64,000 bases of DNA from an uncultured delta proteobacterium (GCA_963727445.1 CAVSGI010000012.1:256001-320000), one strand, 5' to 3'; shown: positions 48,595 to 59,699, counted from the first letter of the stretch. Program-made: numbers and translations. Notes: generated from the letters alone by a model not told the origin.

Positions 48595-49620
48595 CTATTT
48601 GTAGGCGACGGCCGCGCTCGACGGCCCGGCGAGCTGGATCACCTCGGTTCGCGCGAACCCTGCCTCGCGACACCAACCGTCGAAGTCCGCGCCGGTGTAG
48701 TCGAAAGCATCTCCGAACTCGACCAGCATGTTGAGGGACATGAGCAGGCCGAAGGCGTTTTCCCGACGCGCGTCGTCGATGAGCGACTCGATCACGATGA
48801 AGGCGCCGCCTTCGGGCAGGGCGTCGTACGCCTTCTTGATGAGGTGCTTCTTCTTCTCGAGGTTCCAGTCGTGGAGGATCATGCCCATGGTGATCACGTC
48901 TGCCTTCGGCAGCGGGTCCTCGAAGAAGTCACCCGAGACGGCGGTGACGCGGTTCGAGAGGCCGGCCTTGTCGATCCACTTCGCGGCGATGGGCTGAACC
49001 GGCGGCAGGTCGAAGGTCTCGCAGCGCATGTGCGCGTGCTCGTTCGCCACGATGCAGGAGAGCTGCCCGGTGGCGCCGCCGACGTCGCAGAGGGTCTCGT
49101 ACTTCGAGAAGTCGAACTGCTTCGCCAGGGCGTTGAAGTTGCCGGCGGAGATCCCGACCATGGCGTTCATGAACTGCTCGAGCCTCGCGGGGGCGGCGTA
49201 GAGCTTGGCGAAGAGCGGCTCGCCGGTGTCCTTGATCTCGTTCTGGGGCTGACCCGTCCGCAGGCCATCGGTCAGACGGGCCCAGAAGGGATAGAGGCGG
49301 GCGTTGGCCATCTCCAGGATGCCGCCGATGTAGTGGGGGCTGTTTCGGTCGAGGAAAGCGGCGGTCTCGTCGGTGTTCTCGTAGATCGCGCTCTCACCTT
49401 CACCGTCGCGGGCGAGGAAGCCCAGGGCGACGAGGGCATCGAAGAAGTCGTAGGTGGCGCGCTCGCCGATCTCGATCCGCTTCGCCAGCTCGGGGCCCGT
49501 GCAGCTCTCCTTCGCCAACACCGTGAAGACGCCGAGCTCCACCGCGCTCAGGAGGGTCTTCGACGCGAAGAAGCCCATACCGACCTGCATGATGTGGGAG
49601 GGATCTAGTTGTTTTTCCAT
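48595..49620 (-). CDS. O-methyltransferase (dimerisation domain + Methyltransf_2)
   Basis: SKTLLSAVELGVF, DVGGATG, FDLP, GDFF, ILHDW, LPEGG. AGGAG RBS. Confidence 0.92.
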   Translation of the reverse strand: MEKQLDPSHIMQVGMGFFASKTLLSAVELGVFTVLAKESCTGPELAKRIEIGERATYDFFDALVALGFLARDGEGESAIYENTDETAAFLDRNSPHYIGGILEMANARLYPFWARLTDGLRTGQPQNEIKDTGEPLFAKLYAAPARLEQFMNAMVGISAGNFNALAKQFDFSKYETLCDVGGATGQLSCIVANEHAHMRCETFDLPPVQPIAAKWIDKAGLSNRVTAVSGDFFEDPLPKADVITMGMILHDWNLEKKKHLIKKAYDALPEGGAFIVIESLIDDARRENAFGLLMSLNMLVEFGDAFDYTGADFDGWCREAGFARTEVIQLAGPSSAAVAYK

Positions 49621-49660
49621 GGCTTTTCTCCTGGGAGCCAATCGCTTGAACAGCGAACAT

Positions 49661-49702
49661 TTGATAAATCAAGCTTTAGCAGGTATATGTTTCACTAGTC
49701 AA
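49661..49702. promoter_or_regulatory. Two related 12-bp palindromes, candidate MarR operators
   Basis: TTGATAAATCAA (49661-49672) and TTCACTAGTCAA (49691-49702) in an AT-rich divergent intergenic region. Confidence 0.55.
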
Positions 49703-49731
49703 GTGTTGAATTGTGTATATTTGATCTCGCG

Positions 49732-50190
49732 ATGCCCGATGACGTTCCCGTTCGCGACAAGTCCCAGATCCGCATGCTTCGCGCGGTGATGCGGGCCAAC
49801 GCCGCCTTCCGGAACCACTACAAGGAGTCGATGGCGAAGAAGGTCGGCCTCTCGATGACGGAGTTCGACTTCATCGCGGGGCTCGGGAACACCGGCGGGC
49901 TGCGCATGAGCGACCTGGCCCAGGCCATGATCACCACACCCTCGAACGTCACCCGCATCTGCGCGGCCATGGAGAAGAAGGGGATCGCCGTTCGCGAGCG
50001 TTCGAGCGAGTCCGATCGCGAGGTGATCGCCAAGCTCACGCGCGAGGGTCAGAAGCTCTTCGACGAGGTCTTCCGTCCTGTCGTCGATTGGACGATCGAG
50101 TTGATGGACCGCAATTCGACGCCTTCCGAGCAGATCGCGGTCGCCGAGACCCTGGAGCGTCTGGTCAAGGACCTCACCGACAAGCGCTAG
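49732..50190 (+). CDS. MarR-family transcriptional regulator
   Basis: GLSMTEF, MSDLA, SNVTR...MEKKG...R....DRE....LTREG. Confidence 0.9.
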   Translation: MPDDVPVRDKSQIRMLRAVMRANAAFRNHYKESMAKKVGLSMTEFDFIAGLGNTGGLRMSDLAQAMITTPSNVTRICAAMEKKGIAVRERSSESDREVIAKLTREGQKLFDEVFRPVVDWTIELMDRNSTPSEQIAVAETLERLVKDLTDKR

Positions 50191-50328
50191 CGCTGCCCGA
50201 GGCACCACCGGCCGACGCGCCGGCGTCATGCACCGCGGACGATGGGGCGTTCTGCACGCAGCTCACGACCGAGCGGCGCCCGAGCCTCGCGGCCCGGGCG
50301 CGAATTGCGCCGCAGTCGCTCGACCCTT

Positions 50329-52287
50329 CTACGGGTGGAAGTACTGCAGGTACAGCCCGTCCTCGAGGTCGGGCGTGTTGCAGGAGAACTGGAGGGAGTC
50401 GGTGGCCGAGCCGTTGATGCCGGTGGTTGCGGATGCGCCGTTGTCGTAGCTCGAGCTGCCGAAGATGGTGTCGGCGTAACAGACCCGAACGTTGCCGGTG
50501 TCCTCTTCGAGGACGGCGGTGACGTCGATGGTGTTCCCGGTGCTCACACCGATGTGGTAGATGTTCCAACGCGCCACGAACTGGCGGCTGGGGGCAGAGC
50601 CGACCGTCTCGTACTGCACCGTGCCGCCGGTCGGCGGGTAGAGATCATCCCAGAAGGCGGCGATGAACTCGGTTGGGGCCGTCGTCCGCGGTAGACACGC
50701 GTTGGTGTAGGAAAGCGCCGTCGATCCGAAGGCGAGCGCGCCGTTGGCTTCGATGACGACGTCGGTCTGCGGCGTGCCGTAGTAGTCGAAGGTGAACCCG
50801 AGCGGCACCGTGACCTGGCCGTCGTCGCTCAGGGTCAGCGCCGTGCCCGTCGACGAGATGTCCGGGCAGGGAAGCGTCGCGGGAGTGAGCACCAGCGAGC
50901 ACCCGAAGTAGCCGAAAGTGTCGCGCCCGCCGCCGGGGAAGGGCACGCAGCCGACGGTGCCGCAGATGCCCATCGTGCAGGTGCCGGTCATGCAGTCGGT
51001 GGCGTCGTCGCAGAGGCGGAAGTCGACACAGCGCGGGCAGGTCCCGGGGCCGCCGCAGTCGACGTCTGTCTCGGTCCCGTTCCGTACGCCGTCGACGCAG
51101 GAAGGGGCCTGACAGGTGCCGCCGGTGCAGACGCCCGAGGCGCAGTCCGACGCCGCGGTGCACATCTCGGTCGGCATGCATCCGAGACAGGTCGCGCCGC
51201 CGCAGTCGACGTCGGACTCGTCCTGGTTCTGGATCATGTCTTCGCAGGAGGGCGCGATGCAGGTGCCGCTGACGCAGTTGAGGCTGGTGCAGTCCGAGGG
51301 GATCGCGCACATCAGGGTGTCGGCGCAGGCAGGGCAGATGGCGCCGCCGCAGTCGACGTCGGTCTCGTCGCCGTTCATCACGGTGTCGAGACAGGAGATG
51401 CAGGTGCCCGCCTCGCATCGCATCCCGCTGCAATCGGCGTCGTCCGTACAGGAGGCGCCGTCGTCGCAGCGGGGGCAGGTGGTCATCCCGCCGCAGTCCA
51501 CGCCCGTCTCCTCCCCGTTCTGGACACCATCGGAGCAGGACACGCAGGCGCCCATGTCGCACTGCATGCTCATGCAATCCGAGTCCATCACACAGGAGAA
51601 GAGGTCGCGACACGCCTCGCAGACCGTTCCGCCACAGTCGACAGCGGTCTCGTCCTGGTTCTGCACGCGATCGCTGCAGTCCGGCATGGTGCAGGTGCCG
51701 GCGTCGCAGATGAGGCTCTCGCAATCGGTGGGCAGCAGGCAGCTCTGGCTGCCGGCGCACGCGGGGCAGGTGTCGCCACCGCAGTCCACGTCGGTCTCGT
51801 CGTTGTTCATGACGCCGTCTTCGCAGCTCGACATGGCGCAGACGTTGTCCACGCACATGTCGCTGAGACAGTCGGTCCCGACGTTGCAGGGCTTGCCGCC
51901 TGCGCATCCGTCGCACGTCGGGCCGCCACAATCGTCGCCGGTCTCGTCGCCGTTCTGGATCCCGTCGCTGCAGCTCGGCATCAGGCAGAACATGCCGCGG
52001 CAGACACTGCTCTCACAGTCCGTGGCGCGGACGCAGCCGAGACCTGCGGCGCACGGCGGGCAATCTCCGCCGCCGCAGTCGGTCGACGTCTCCTGGCCAT
52101 TGCGCACGCCGTCGGTGCACATCCCGCCACCCCCGTCGCTCGGAGGCGAGGTGTCGCGGGTAGTGCCGGTGTCGATGGGTATGCCCCCGTCGCCACGGGT
52201 CCCGCGTTCCGAGCAGCCGACGACCGCGATCGAAAGAATGAAGAAGCCGATGGCGAGCGGCGCTCGCCCCCCAGTAGTCCAATCCAT
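50329..52287 (-). CDS. Lipoprotein with 8 C.D...N..E(T/S)..DCGG repeats and a C-terminal nidogen/NIDO-like domain
   Basis: Lipobox VVGC, eight ~48-aa repeats, then DD....LGFTFDYYG...NG...IAAFWDDL. Confidence 0.82.
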   Translation of the reverse strand: MDWTTGGRAPLAIGFFILSIAVVGCSERGTRGDGGIPIDTGTTRDTSPPSDGGGGMCTDGVRNGQETSTDCGGGDCPPCAAGLGCVRATDCESSVCRGMFCLMPSCSDGIQNGDETGDDCGGPTCDGCAGGKPCNVGTDCLSDMCVDNVCAMSSCEDGVMNNDETDVDCGGDTCPACAGSQSCLLPTDCESLICDAGTCTMPDCSDRVQNQDETAVDCGGTVCEACRDLFSCVMDSDCMSMQCDMGACVSCSDGVQNGEETGVDCGGMTTCPRCDDGASCTDDADCSGMRCEAGTCISCLDTVMNGDETDVDCGGAICPACADTLMCAIPSDCTSLNCVSGTCIAPSCEDMIQNQDESDVDCGGATCLGCMPTEMCTAASDCASGVCTGGTCQAPSCVDGVRNGTETDVDCGGPGTCPRCVDFRLCDDATDCMTGTCTMGICGTVGCVPFPGGGRDTFGYFGCSLVLTPATLPCPDISSTGTALTLSDDGQVTVPLGFTFDYYGTPQTDVVIEANGALAFGSTALSYTNACLPRTTAPTEFIAAFWDDLYPPTGGTVQYETVGSAPSRQFVARWNIYHIGVSTGNTIDVTAVLEEDTGNVRVCYADTIFGSSSYDNGASATTGINGSATDSLQFSCNTPDLEDGLYLQYFHP

Positions 52288-52354
52288 TGCGGAAACCTAG
52301 TAGGTGGAAGGGGCTCGCGCACGCGGTGAGCGCAATTCCCTTTCGGAGCCCCGA

Positions 52355-52744
52355 TTAAGGGCCGAGGGAGCCCTTCCTTGCTCGGAGACGCTTCCGAAAA
52401 CGGGCGAAAGCCAGCACGCCCAGCGCTCCGCCGACGAGGTCCACCGCCACATCGAAGGCCGAGTCCCTCGTGGGGGCATGGCGGATGGCGAGGCTCTGGA
52501 GCCCCTCCTGCACGATGGCGATCGAGACGAAGGCCGCGAAGGGTAGCGCGACCCCACGAGGTCCGAGGTCGGAGATGCCGGCTGCGAGGACGCCGTACAG
52601 AAAGAGGTGAGCGACGATGTGCAGCGGCTCGAAGGCGAGCACGCTCCGCGTCGTCCCGGAGGCGCCCGAGACGACGACGGCTGCCAGGACGGCCAGCACC
52701 ATCAGGAGCGTGACCCACAGGATGACGAAGCGGTAGCGACCCAC
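52355..52744 (-). CDS. VanZ-like membrane protein
   Basis: H..AH..LYGVLA, QEGLQ, D..VDLVG. Start uncertain. Confidence 0.6.
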   Translation of the reverse strand: MGRYRFVILWVTLLMVLAVLAAVVVSGASGTTRSVLAFEPLHIVAHLFLYGVLAAGISDLGPRGVALPFAAFVSIAIVQEGLQSLAIRHAPTRDSAFDVAVDLVGGALGVLAFARFRKRLRARKGSLGP

Positions 52745-52883
52745 CCTCTGGATTCTGACCGCTGCAAGGGGCCCGCGCACCTTCGCCCCGCGCGATCCGT
52801 CGCGGAGCGGGGCGAGCGGTCTCGAGCAAGGGGCGACCGGTCGCGATCGCCGAGGATGATAAGATGGCGCGAGAGGGGTTTTC

Positions 52884-53423
52884 ATGAAGAAGCTTGCGAT
52901 GACTGGCTGGGTCCTCCTCTTCGCGCTCGGGTGCGGAGACGACGGGACCTCATCGGATGCCACGACGGACGCCGCACTCGACGCGGTCGCCGACACCGGA
53001 GGCGGTGACATCGGCACCGGGGACGGCAGCGCGGGCGACGGCGGCGCGGGCGACGGCAGCGCGCGTGACGGCAGCATGTCGATGCCGAACGGCGTCCTCT
53101 GCGTTTCGGGAAGCGGTGACTGCGCGGTGGGCGAGGTCTGTTGCGGCACGTCGTCGGACATCACCTGCCAGGATCCGAGCGCGGCGTGTGATGGCGAGCT
53201 CTACGAATGCGACGGAGCGGAGGATTGCGCGACGGGGGAGCTCTGCTGTGGGGGACCCGGAAGCAGCTGCACCGCCACCTGCGCGGGCGCCAGATTCTGC
53301 CACACGGACACGGACTGCCCGACTGGCCAGACCTGCTGCCAGAACGGAGGCGCGGTGCCCTTCGGGGCCTACAGCAGCTGCACCGCCCTGGGCGCCGGCG
53401 AGCCGTGCCCGATGCCCCCGTGA
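52884..53423 (+). CDS. Cys-rich lipoprotein (CDGAEDC type)
   Basis: Lipobox ALGC, GDG-repeat linker, same Cys pattern as 7044-7709. Confidence 0.8.
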   Translation: MKKLAMTGWVLLFALGCGDDGTSSDATTDAALDAVADTGGGDIGTGDGSAGDGGAGDGSARDGSMSMPNGVLCVSGSGDCAVGEVCCGTSSDITCQDPSAACDGELYECDGAEDCATGELCCGGPGSSCTATCAGARFCHTDTDCPTGQTCCQNGGAVPFGAYSSCTALGAGEPCPMPP

Positions 53424-53468
53424 GACGAGCGCACGAGGAGTATGATTCGAAGCGTGCGTCGCTCCGGC

Positions 53469-56230
53469 ATGCCTCGCGCGTTCGTCTTCCTGGTGGCTTC
53501 GCTCGCCTGCGGCGCTTTTGTTGCCTGTGGGGACGACGGGACCACGACCGATGGCGGCGCCGACGCGGACGGCGGCGGCAGTGATGGAAGCATCGACCTG
53601 CCCATCGCCGAGCCCGCGGCGCCGATGGGTACGGTGGCGAGCCCCGCAGCCCCGGCCCCGCCCGCGCGCGTGGACTTCGGTACCTGCGCGACAGGCTGGA
53701 GTGCGCGGGCCCTGTCGGGTGGGGAGAGCGTTTGCGAGCCGTGGGCGGCTGAAACCGACGAGACCTGCGCAGACGCGAGCATGCTCCTTCCTTCGGAGGG
53801 CGCTTGCCGAGCGGTGGGCGACGCGTGCCCGAGCGGCGAGTGGCCGACCCTCCCCGCGGGCCGACCCGTCAGGTACGTGCGCGAGGGGGCGACCGGTGGT
53901 GACGGCAGCGCCGCGCTCCCTTTCGGTGCCATCACGGACGCCCTCGCCGGGGCGGCCTCTGGCACCGTCGTAGCCATCGCCCGCGGCACTTACGTCGAGG
54001 ACGTGACGATCTCGGCAGACGTGATGCTCCTCGGTGCGTGCGCCGGCGAAACCACCATCCGAGCCGCCTCGTCGAGCCCCATGGAGGGGACGCTCCAGGT
54101 CCGAAACGGAAACGTCGAGCTTCGCAACCTGACCCTCGGCGGAGACCGCCCGGGGCTCGTGGTGCAGGGCGCATCGACGGCGGTGGTGGCGAGCGGCGTC
54201 GTGGTCGCGGACGCGCAGTCGACCGGAGTCATCGTCAGCGGCGGGCGCCTCGACGCCACCGATCTGGTCGTACGCGACACCCGAGCGGCGAGCGGAGGGG
54301 ATTTCGGCCGCGCCTTCGTCGTGGCCTCGGGCGCAGAGGTCACGCTCGAGCGCGCCGACATCCGCCGCAATCGAGACATCGGCATCATCGCCGACGGAAG
54401 CGCGACGACCATCGCCCTGACCGACGTGGTGCTGCGCGACACCCTCGGCCAGGACAACGACAGCTCGGGGGGCACCGGCGTCTTTCTGCAGAACGGTGCC
54501 ACTGCGACGCTCACCGCGAGCGCGATCGAGCGGTCTCGAAACGGCGGCGTGGTCAGCCTCGGCGGGACCGTCACGCTCGAAGACGTGATGGTGCGAAGCG
54601 TACAGTCCGACGAATCCACGGGGACGCTCGGCGTCGGGCTCTCGCTCCACGACGGCTCTCAGGCGACCTTGAGCCGCGTCTTGCTCGAGTCGGTGAGCCT
54701 CGCCCACGTCCGCGGGGCCGGAGGCGGCACGGCGATCACCGCGACCGATATCGCGATGCTGGACGCGACGGGGCAGGATGGCGACGGCCGTGGCGGGCTC
54801 GGGGTGCTTCTCGAAGACGGGGCCACGATGAATGCGACGCGAGCGGTGGTCGATCGGGTGGGCATCGGGGGGATCGGCGCCAGTCGCGCCGGCACGAGCT
54901 TCACTGGCGCGGACGTGGTCATCCGCGGCGCGGATGGCGAGCCCGCCTCGGGCTCCGACGGCCGCGGGCTCCTGGTCCAGTTCGGCGCGTCGGCGTCGGT
55001 GGACCGCCTGCTCGTCCAGGATGCTCGGAACGCTGGGGTCTTCATCTACGACGCCGCCTTCGATGGCCGCGACGTGCGCGTGGTGGGTACGCGTGGGGAG
55101 CGCAGCGACGGTCGGTATGGCCGCGGTTTCGTCAGCGAGCTCGGTTCCGAGCTCTCGCTCGAGCGGGCGTCCATCGAGGACAACCGCGAGATCGGCCTCT
55201 TCGTTCACGGGGACGGAGCGAGCGTCTCGCTCGACGACATCACGGTGACCGGCACTCGGCCGGACGAGACGAGCGGCACCGGCGGGCGCAGCATCGACTT
55301 CGAGGGCGGAGCGACGGTGACGGGGGCGCGCTGGGCCGTCGACGACGGGACCGAGGTCGGGGTCTTCGTCGATGGGATGGGGACGACGCTCGACGTAGAG
55401 GATTCTGTCCATCACGAACGTCGAAGGGCGGGGGTCCAGCATTCAGGCCGGCGCTCAGGTGACGGTTCGGCGCGCGAACATGAGCGCCGTGAACGATGGC
55501 GGCGTCTTCGCGACAGGAGCGGGGACGTCCTTCCATGTCGAAGACGTGACCATCATGGACGTGGGCGCAGGCGAAGAAGGCTTCTTCGGTCGATGTGTCA
55601 CGTCCCAGCTGGGGGCGACAGTAGAGGCGTCACGCATCATCGCCGAGCGCTGCACCGATCACGGATTCTTCGCGGCGGGCGAGGGTACGGTGTTGACCGT
55701 CGAGGACGCGCGGATCACCGATGTCGCCTCGCGCGCAGCGGACGGCCGTTACGGCCGCGGAGTCAACGTGCAGGACGGTGCGCACGCGATGCTCATGCGG
55801 GTCACGGTACAGAGCGTGCGAGACGTCGGAGTGGCGGTGATCGGGACGGGCGCCCAGCTCGTGGGCTCGGATGTCGGCGTCGTGGACACGGCGCAGAGCG
55901 GATGCGCTCAGAGCAGCTGCGCCGACTCGCCGGGCGGCTTCGGAGTCGGCGCTGGCGGCTCTTCGAGCCTGTCGTTGGACGGTTTTGCGGTGGTGCGCGC
56001 GCCGCTTTGCGGCGTCTACGTCGGCGAGTCGGAGGGCGAGCTCGAATCTGTCGCACGGTGAGGTCCGCGAGACGGGGATCGGCGCCTGTGTGGCGCGCGA
56101 GGGCTATGACGTCGACCGCCTCTCGACGGACGTCCGCTACGTCGACAACGACATCAACCTCGACTCGGTTTCCCTGCCGGTCCCGGACACGGGCGGGGTC
56201 GGGGACGCCGACCCCACGATCGACATGTGA
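53469..56230 (+). pseudogene. Beta-solenoid lipoprotein, paralog 3 (~10 repeat units), with two +1 frameshifts (possibly sequencing errors)
   Basis: Removing one T at 55403-55404 and one A at 56045-56046 gives a continuous ORF with the family C-terminus (IGACV...YD...L...V.Y.DN..NLD..SLPVP). Confidence 0.8.
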
Positions 56231-56236
56231 CCAGCG

Positions 56237-57109
56237 TCAGGGCCGCATGATGCGGCCGGGCGCATCCTCGGCGCCGGTCTCCGAGTGACAGGCGTTGCAT
56301 TCGCCGGTGAGCTGGGCCGGCGCCATCAGGCGCTCGCCATCCGGGCTCACGACCTTCGCGGTGTAGGGCATCTGGATCGGACCGTCCGCCGTCGCGTGGT
56401 AGAAGTTGCCCGAGCCGTTGACGGGCAACCGGAACTCCGCGCCCATCGCGTCCGTGATGACGATCTCGAGCGAGTCGAGGTCGCCGTCCGTGCCCTGACA
56501 GTCGTCTGGCTCGTGCGCCGTGTCGTACACCGTGCCGGAGACGTCGAACTCGGGTGCGTCGTTCAGCGAGTGGCAAGCGATGCACGCGGTCCCCGGGCGC
56601 ATCAGTGGATCCGCCACGTTGCCCATGGTCCACTGCGTGTCGGTGGTGCAGACCGTCGGCGTGTCGTAGGGATTGCTCATGACCGCGGGCATTTCGTCGC
56701 ACGTGCCGGCCGGGCTGCCCGCGGCGATCCACGCCATCAAAGCGCCGACCTCGCCCGCCGTCGGTGCGGGCAGCGGGGAGGGCGGCATCGGCGAGACCAT
56801 GTCCTGCATTCGCAGCACGCACTTTTCGGCCACCGTCACCGAGTGGTCGGTGGGCGCGGGCGCCAGGAGATCGGCGCGCGTGAGCAGGGTCATGGGCGCG
56901 GTGGCGACCGTGGGATTGGCGTGGCAGCCGAGGCAGTAGGTGGCGAGGAGGTCGGCGATGTCGCAGGGCAGCTCCGGCGCCGTGCTCATGTCGAGGGCGT
57001 CGCCGCTGTCCATCCCGCTGTCGGAGCCCGTCGATGCGTTCGACCCGCAAGCAGCCAGTGCGATCGAGAGCAAAGCTGAAAAGCGGCGCGCCACGGACCT
57101 CCTATCCAC
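56237..57109 (-). CDS. Triheme cytochrome c lipoprotein
   Basis: Lipobox LAAC. CLGCH (with downstream MPP), CIACH and CNACH. Confidence 0.85.
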   Translation of the reverse strand: MDRRSVARRFSALLSIALAACGSNASTGSDSGMDSGDALDMSTAPELPCDIADLLATYCLGCHANPTVATAPMTLLTRADLLAPAPTDHSVTVAEKCVLRMQDMVSPMPPSPLPAPTAGEVGALMAWIAAGSPAGTCDEMPAVMSNPYDTPTVCTTDTQWTMGNVADPLMRPGTACIACHSLNDAPEFDVSGTVYDTAHEPDDCQGTDGDLDSLEIVITDAMGAEFRLPVNGSGNFYHATADGPIQMPYTAKVVSPDGERLMAPAQLTGECNACHSETGAEDAPGRIMRP

Positions 57110-57206
57110 ACGTCCTCAGCCCGTCATAGGAGCGGAGGGACCCGGCGCAAGCGTAGAGGCGCAAACCCCTTGCGTACATCCCACGATTTGCGTGTGATCG
57201 GGCCGC

Positions 57207-57656
57207 ATGAAGGATCGCTTCGACTGGCTCGAGGGCCTCGCGCCCCAGAGCGCAACGGCGGTGGGCGTGAAGTACGCCGCCAGGGCGATCGCCGACGAGC
57301 TCACCGAGTGGCCCCCGCGGATCGTGCTCGGGGGCGACCCGCGCTCGCAGCGCTTCGCCGCGCTTGTCGCGCCCGGCGCGAAGCGACCTTCGATGACCGC
57401 ATTTCGCGAAGCGGTGAAGCGGGCGCGCTGGGAGCTGGAACGAAACTACGAGGCCATCGATCACTACGAGCGCAACGATCACCTCGCCGCGGCATGTCCC
57501 GACGAACGCGAGCGGCTCGGGGCCGAGCTGATGCGCGACTTCATCCTGGAGTACTTCTTCGAGCTCATCGAGCGCACCGAAAACAGGGTGAAGCGCGCCG
57601 ACGTGCTCGTCGGGCTCGACGATCTGGAGCGGCACGTGGCCGCTCGCTGGAACTGA
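57207..57656 (+). CDS. Hypothetical protein
   Basis: Helical, protein-like composition with GC3-rich codons. Confidence 0.65.
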   Translation: MKDRFDWLEGLAPQSATAVGVKYAARAIADELTEWPPRIVLGGDPRSQRFAALVAPGAKRPSMTAFREAVKRARWELERNYEAIDHYERNDHLAAACPDERERLGAELMRDFILEYFFELIERTENRVKRADVLVGLDDLERHVAARWN

Positions 57657-59618
57657 TCAACCGCGCCGGCGGCGCCGGGCGGCGAGGAGGAGCACCAGGC
57701 AGGTGGCGAGGAGCCCTCTTCGGTCATCGGCAGCGCTGGCGGTCGCGCACTGGATGCAGCCCGAGCCGTGGGAGATGAGCTGAGGGTCGAAAGGCTCGCT
57801 GTCGACCGGCGCGGCGTCGACGCTCGAGGCGTCGGGCAGGCCGCCGTCGGTGACCACTCCACCGTCGGGTGAGCCGACCACGGTATCGAGGTATTCGGGG
57901 ATGCCGTCGGCGTCCGTGTCGACGGGCGGCGTGCATGGGTCGTCGTCGCCCGCCTCATCGGCGTCCAGGATTCCGTCGCCATCGGCGTCCGTGTCGTTCC
58001 AAGCGTCGAAACCATCCCCGTCCAGGTCGGGGTTTTCGCCGGCATCGGCCATCTCCACCGCCGTGGGGATGCCGTCACCGTCCGCGTCGGAGCCCACGAC
58101 CGTGAGGTGTTGATAGGCGCCCAGCGCCGACGGAGTGACGCGAATGCGCGCCTGCGGCAGGTCGCCGTACTGAAACCACACGGTCAGGACGTGCTCGACG
58201 TCCGGGCTCTCACCGAGCCCGAAATGCAGGACGGGTGAGCCCTGGGTGCCGTGGCCGTCGCCGCCGCTCACCTCCCGCGCTCCGCTCTGCCAGCCGGGGC
58301 GCTCGAGTCGGGCCACCGCCCCGTGATCCACGCGCGTGACCGACGCGTCCGGGCAACCCTGCACCTCCGCCAGGACGGTGACGGCGAGATAGTTGTCGTC
58401 GTCGGTGTCGTTCCGCAGCAGGGCGTTGTCGGCCGGGGTCTCCATGGACGTCATGGTCGTCGGATCGGTCACGACGCCGCCCCACTGGTTGACGTAGACG
58501 TCCAGGTCCCCGTCGTTGTCGAAGTCGACGAAGACCACGCCCTCGCCGTCATGGGTCGCGACGTTGTCGGTGACGTTGACGAAGGTCAGGTCGCCGGAGT
58601 CGGCGAGCTGGCTCATGAAAGCGTCGTCGAGGTTGTTCTGGCTGTAGTAGAGGTCGAGGTCCCCGTCGTTGTCGAGGTCCCCGCAGTCGACGTCGTCGTT
58701 GTTGGTGCTGGTCAGGTCGGGCTGGGGTACGAGCGCGAAGGCGCCGTCGGTCTGAATCCACGCCTGGTTGATCCCGGTGCCGTAACCCGACGTGTAGAAC
58801 ACGTCGAAGTCGCCATCGTTGTCGATGTCGCAGAAGGTGATGCCGCCGCGGCGGCTGGTGTCCGAGTAGAGGTCGCCCAGGTCGATCTGGGTGACGGATC
58901 CGTCCGCCTCCCGATGTAGGAGATCGCCGCCGAGCTCGCGCCGATGACCGAAGTCGACCAGGCCGTCGACGTCCCAGTCGGCGACCGCGATGTAATCGCC
59001 CTCCGGGCCCGGGTCGGGGATGCCGGTGGCCGTCGGGTCCAGATAGACGAAGGCTGCGCTTCCATCCGCCGGGTTCTGATAGATGCGCAGCTCGCCGTCG
59101 TTGTCCATGACGAGGTCGAGGTAGCCGTCGTCGTTCCAGTCGACGACGCCGAGCCCTTCGTAGGCGCGGAGGTCGGGGTCGGTGCTGGGGTCCGAGACGA
59201 AGCTCGGCACGGCGCCGCTGCCGAAGACGTAGTCTGGCGAGCCGCCGTTGAGGTAGACCTCGAGGAGCTGCTGATCTGTGCGGGCGAAGTCGACGTATCC
59301 GTCGTTGTTCAGATCGGCCGCGACGACGGAGCGCTCCCCGCGCAACCGGCTGAGGCCGACGGCATTCGTCGCCGTCACGTCCTCGAAGAGCGGGTCGGCG
59401 CCGGGGCGCTGGAAGAAGAGATGGCTCCGGCCGGAGGTGTTGACCACCACGTCGAGGTAGCCGTCGCCGTTGAAGTCGGCCCAGGTCTGACCGCCGTCCT
59501 TGATCCCGTTCAGGGCGAGGCCAGAGCTTGCCGTGATGTCGGTCAACGGCTGCGCCGAAGCCGAAAGGGCAAACCCTGAGAAGAGCACGGTCACGCACGC
59601 CGTCGTCAACCGAACCAC
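57657..59618 (-). CDS. CRTAC1/ASPIC-UnbV-like FG-GAP repeat protein with DxDGDG repeats and a MYXO-CTERM-like tail
   Basis: Repeated D.(N/D)(N/G)DG..D motifs, LLRN, LHFGLG, DADGDGI repeats, and tail GSGC..C...LLATCLVLLLAARRRRRG. Confidence 0.85.
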   Translation of the reverse strand: MVRLTTACVTVLFSGFALSASAQPLTDITASSGLALNGIKDGGQTWADFNGDGYLDVVVNTSGRSHLFFQRPGADPLFEDVTATNAVGLSRLRGERSVVAADLNNDGYVDFARTDQQLLEVYLNGGSPDYVFGSGAVPSFVSDPSTDPDLRAYEGLGVVDWNDDGYLDLVMDNDGELRIYQNPADGSAAFVYLDPTATGIPDPGPEGDYIAVADWDVDGLVDFGHRRELGGDLLHREADGSVTQIDLGDLYSDTSRRGGITFCDIDNDGDFDVFYTSGYGTGINQAWIQTDGAFALVPQPDLTSTNNDDVDCGDLDNDGDLDLYYSQNNLDDAFMSQLADSGDLTFVNVTDNVATHDGEGVVFVDFDNDGDLDVYVNQWGGVVTDPTTMTSMETPADNALLRNDTDDDNYLAVTVLAEVQGCPDASVTRVDHGAVARLERPGWQSGAREVSGGDGHGTQGSPVLHFGLGESPDVEHVLTVWFQYGDLPQARIRVTPSALGAYQHLTVVGSDADGDGIPTAVEMADAGENPDLDGDGFDAWNDTDADGDGILDADEAGDDDPCTPPVDTDADGIPEYLDTVVGSPDGGVVTDGGLPDASSVDAAPVDSEPFDPQLISHGSGCIQCATASAADDRRGLLATCLVLLLAARRRRRG

Positions 59619-59699
59619 GGTACAGAGTCTAGCACCCGACGCCCGGGCGCGCCGGATACCGACCGCCGTCGCGCGATACGCGTAGAATCGCGCTACGAC

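Noticed and set aside
49661..49672. FNR box
   Set aside because: The spacing is TTGAT-N2-ATCAA, not N4. A MarR operator is more plausible.
53442..56288. 948-aa ORF taken as a real full-length protein
   Set aside because: After ~55404 the translation is off-frame. The family sequence continues in the other two frames.
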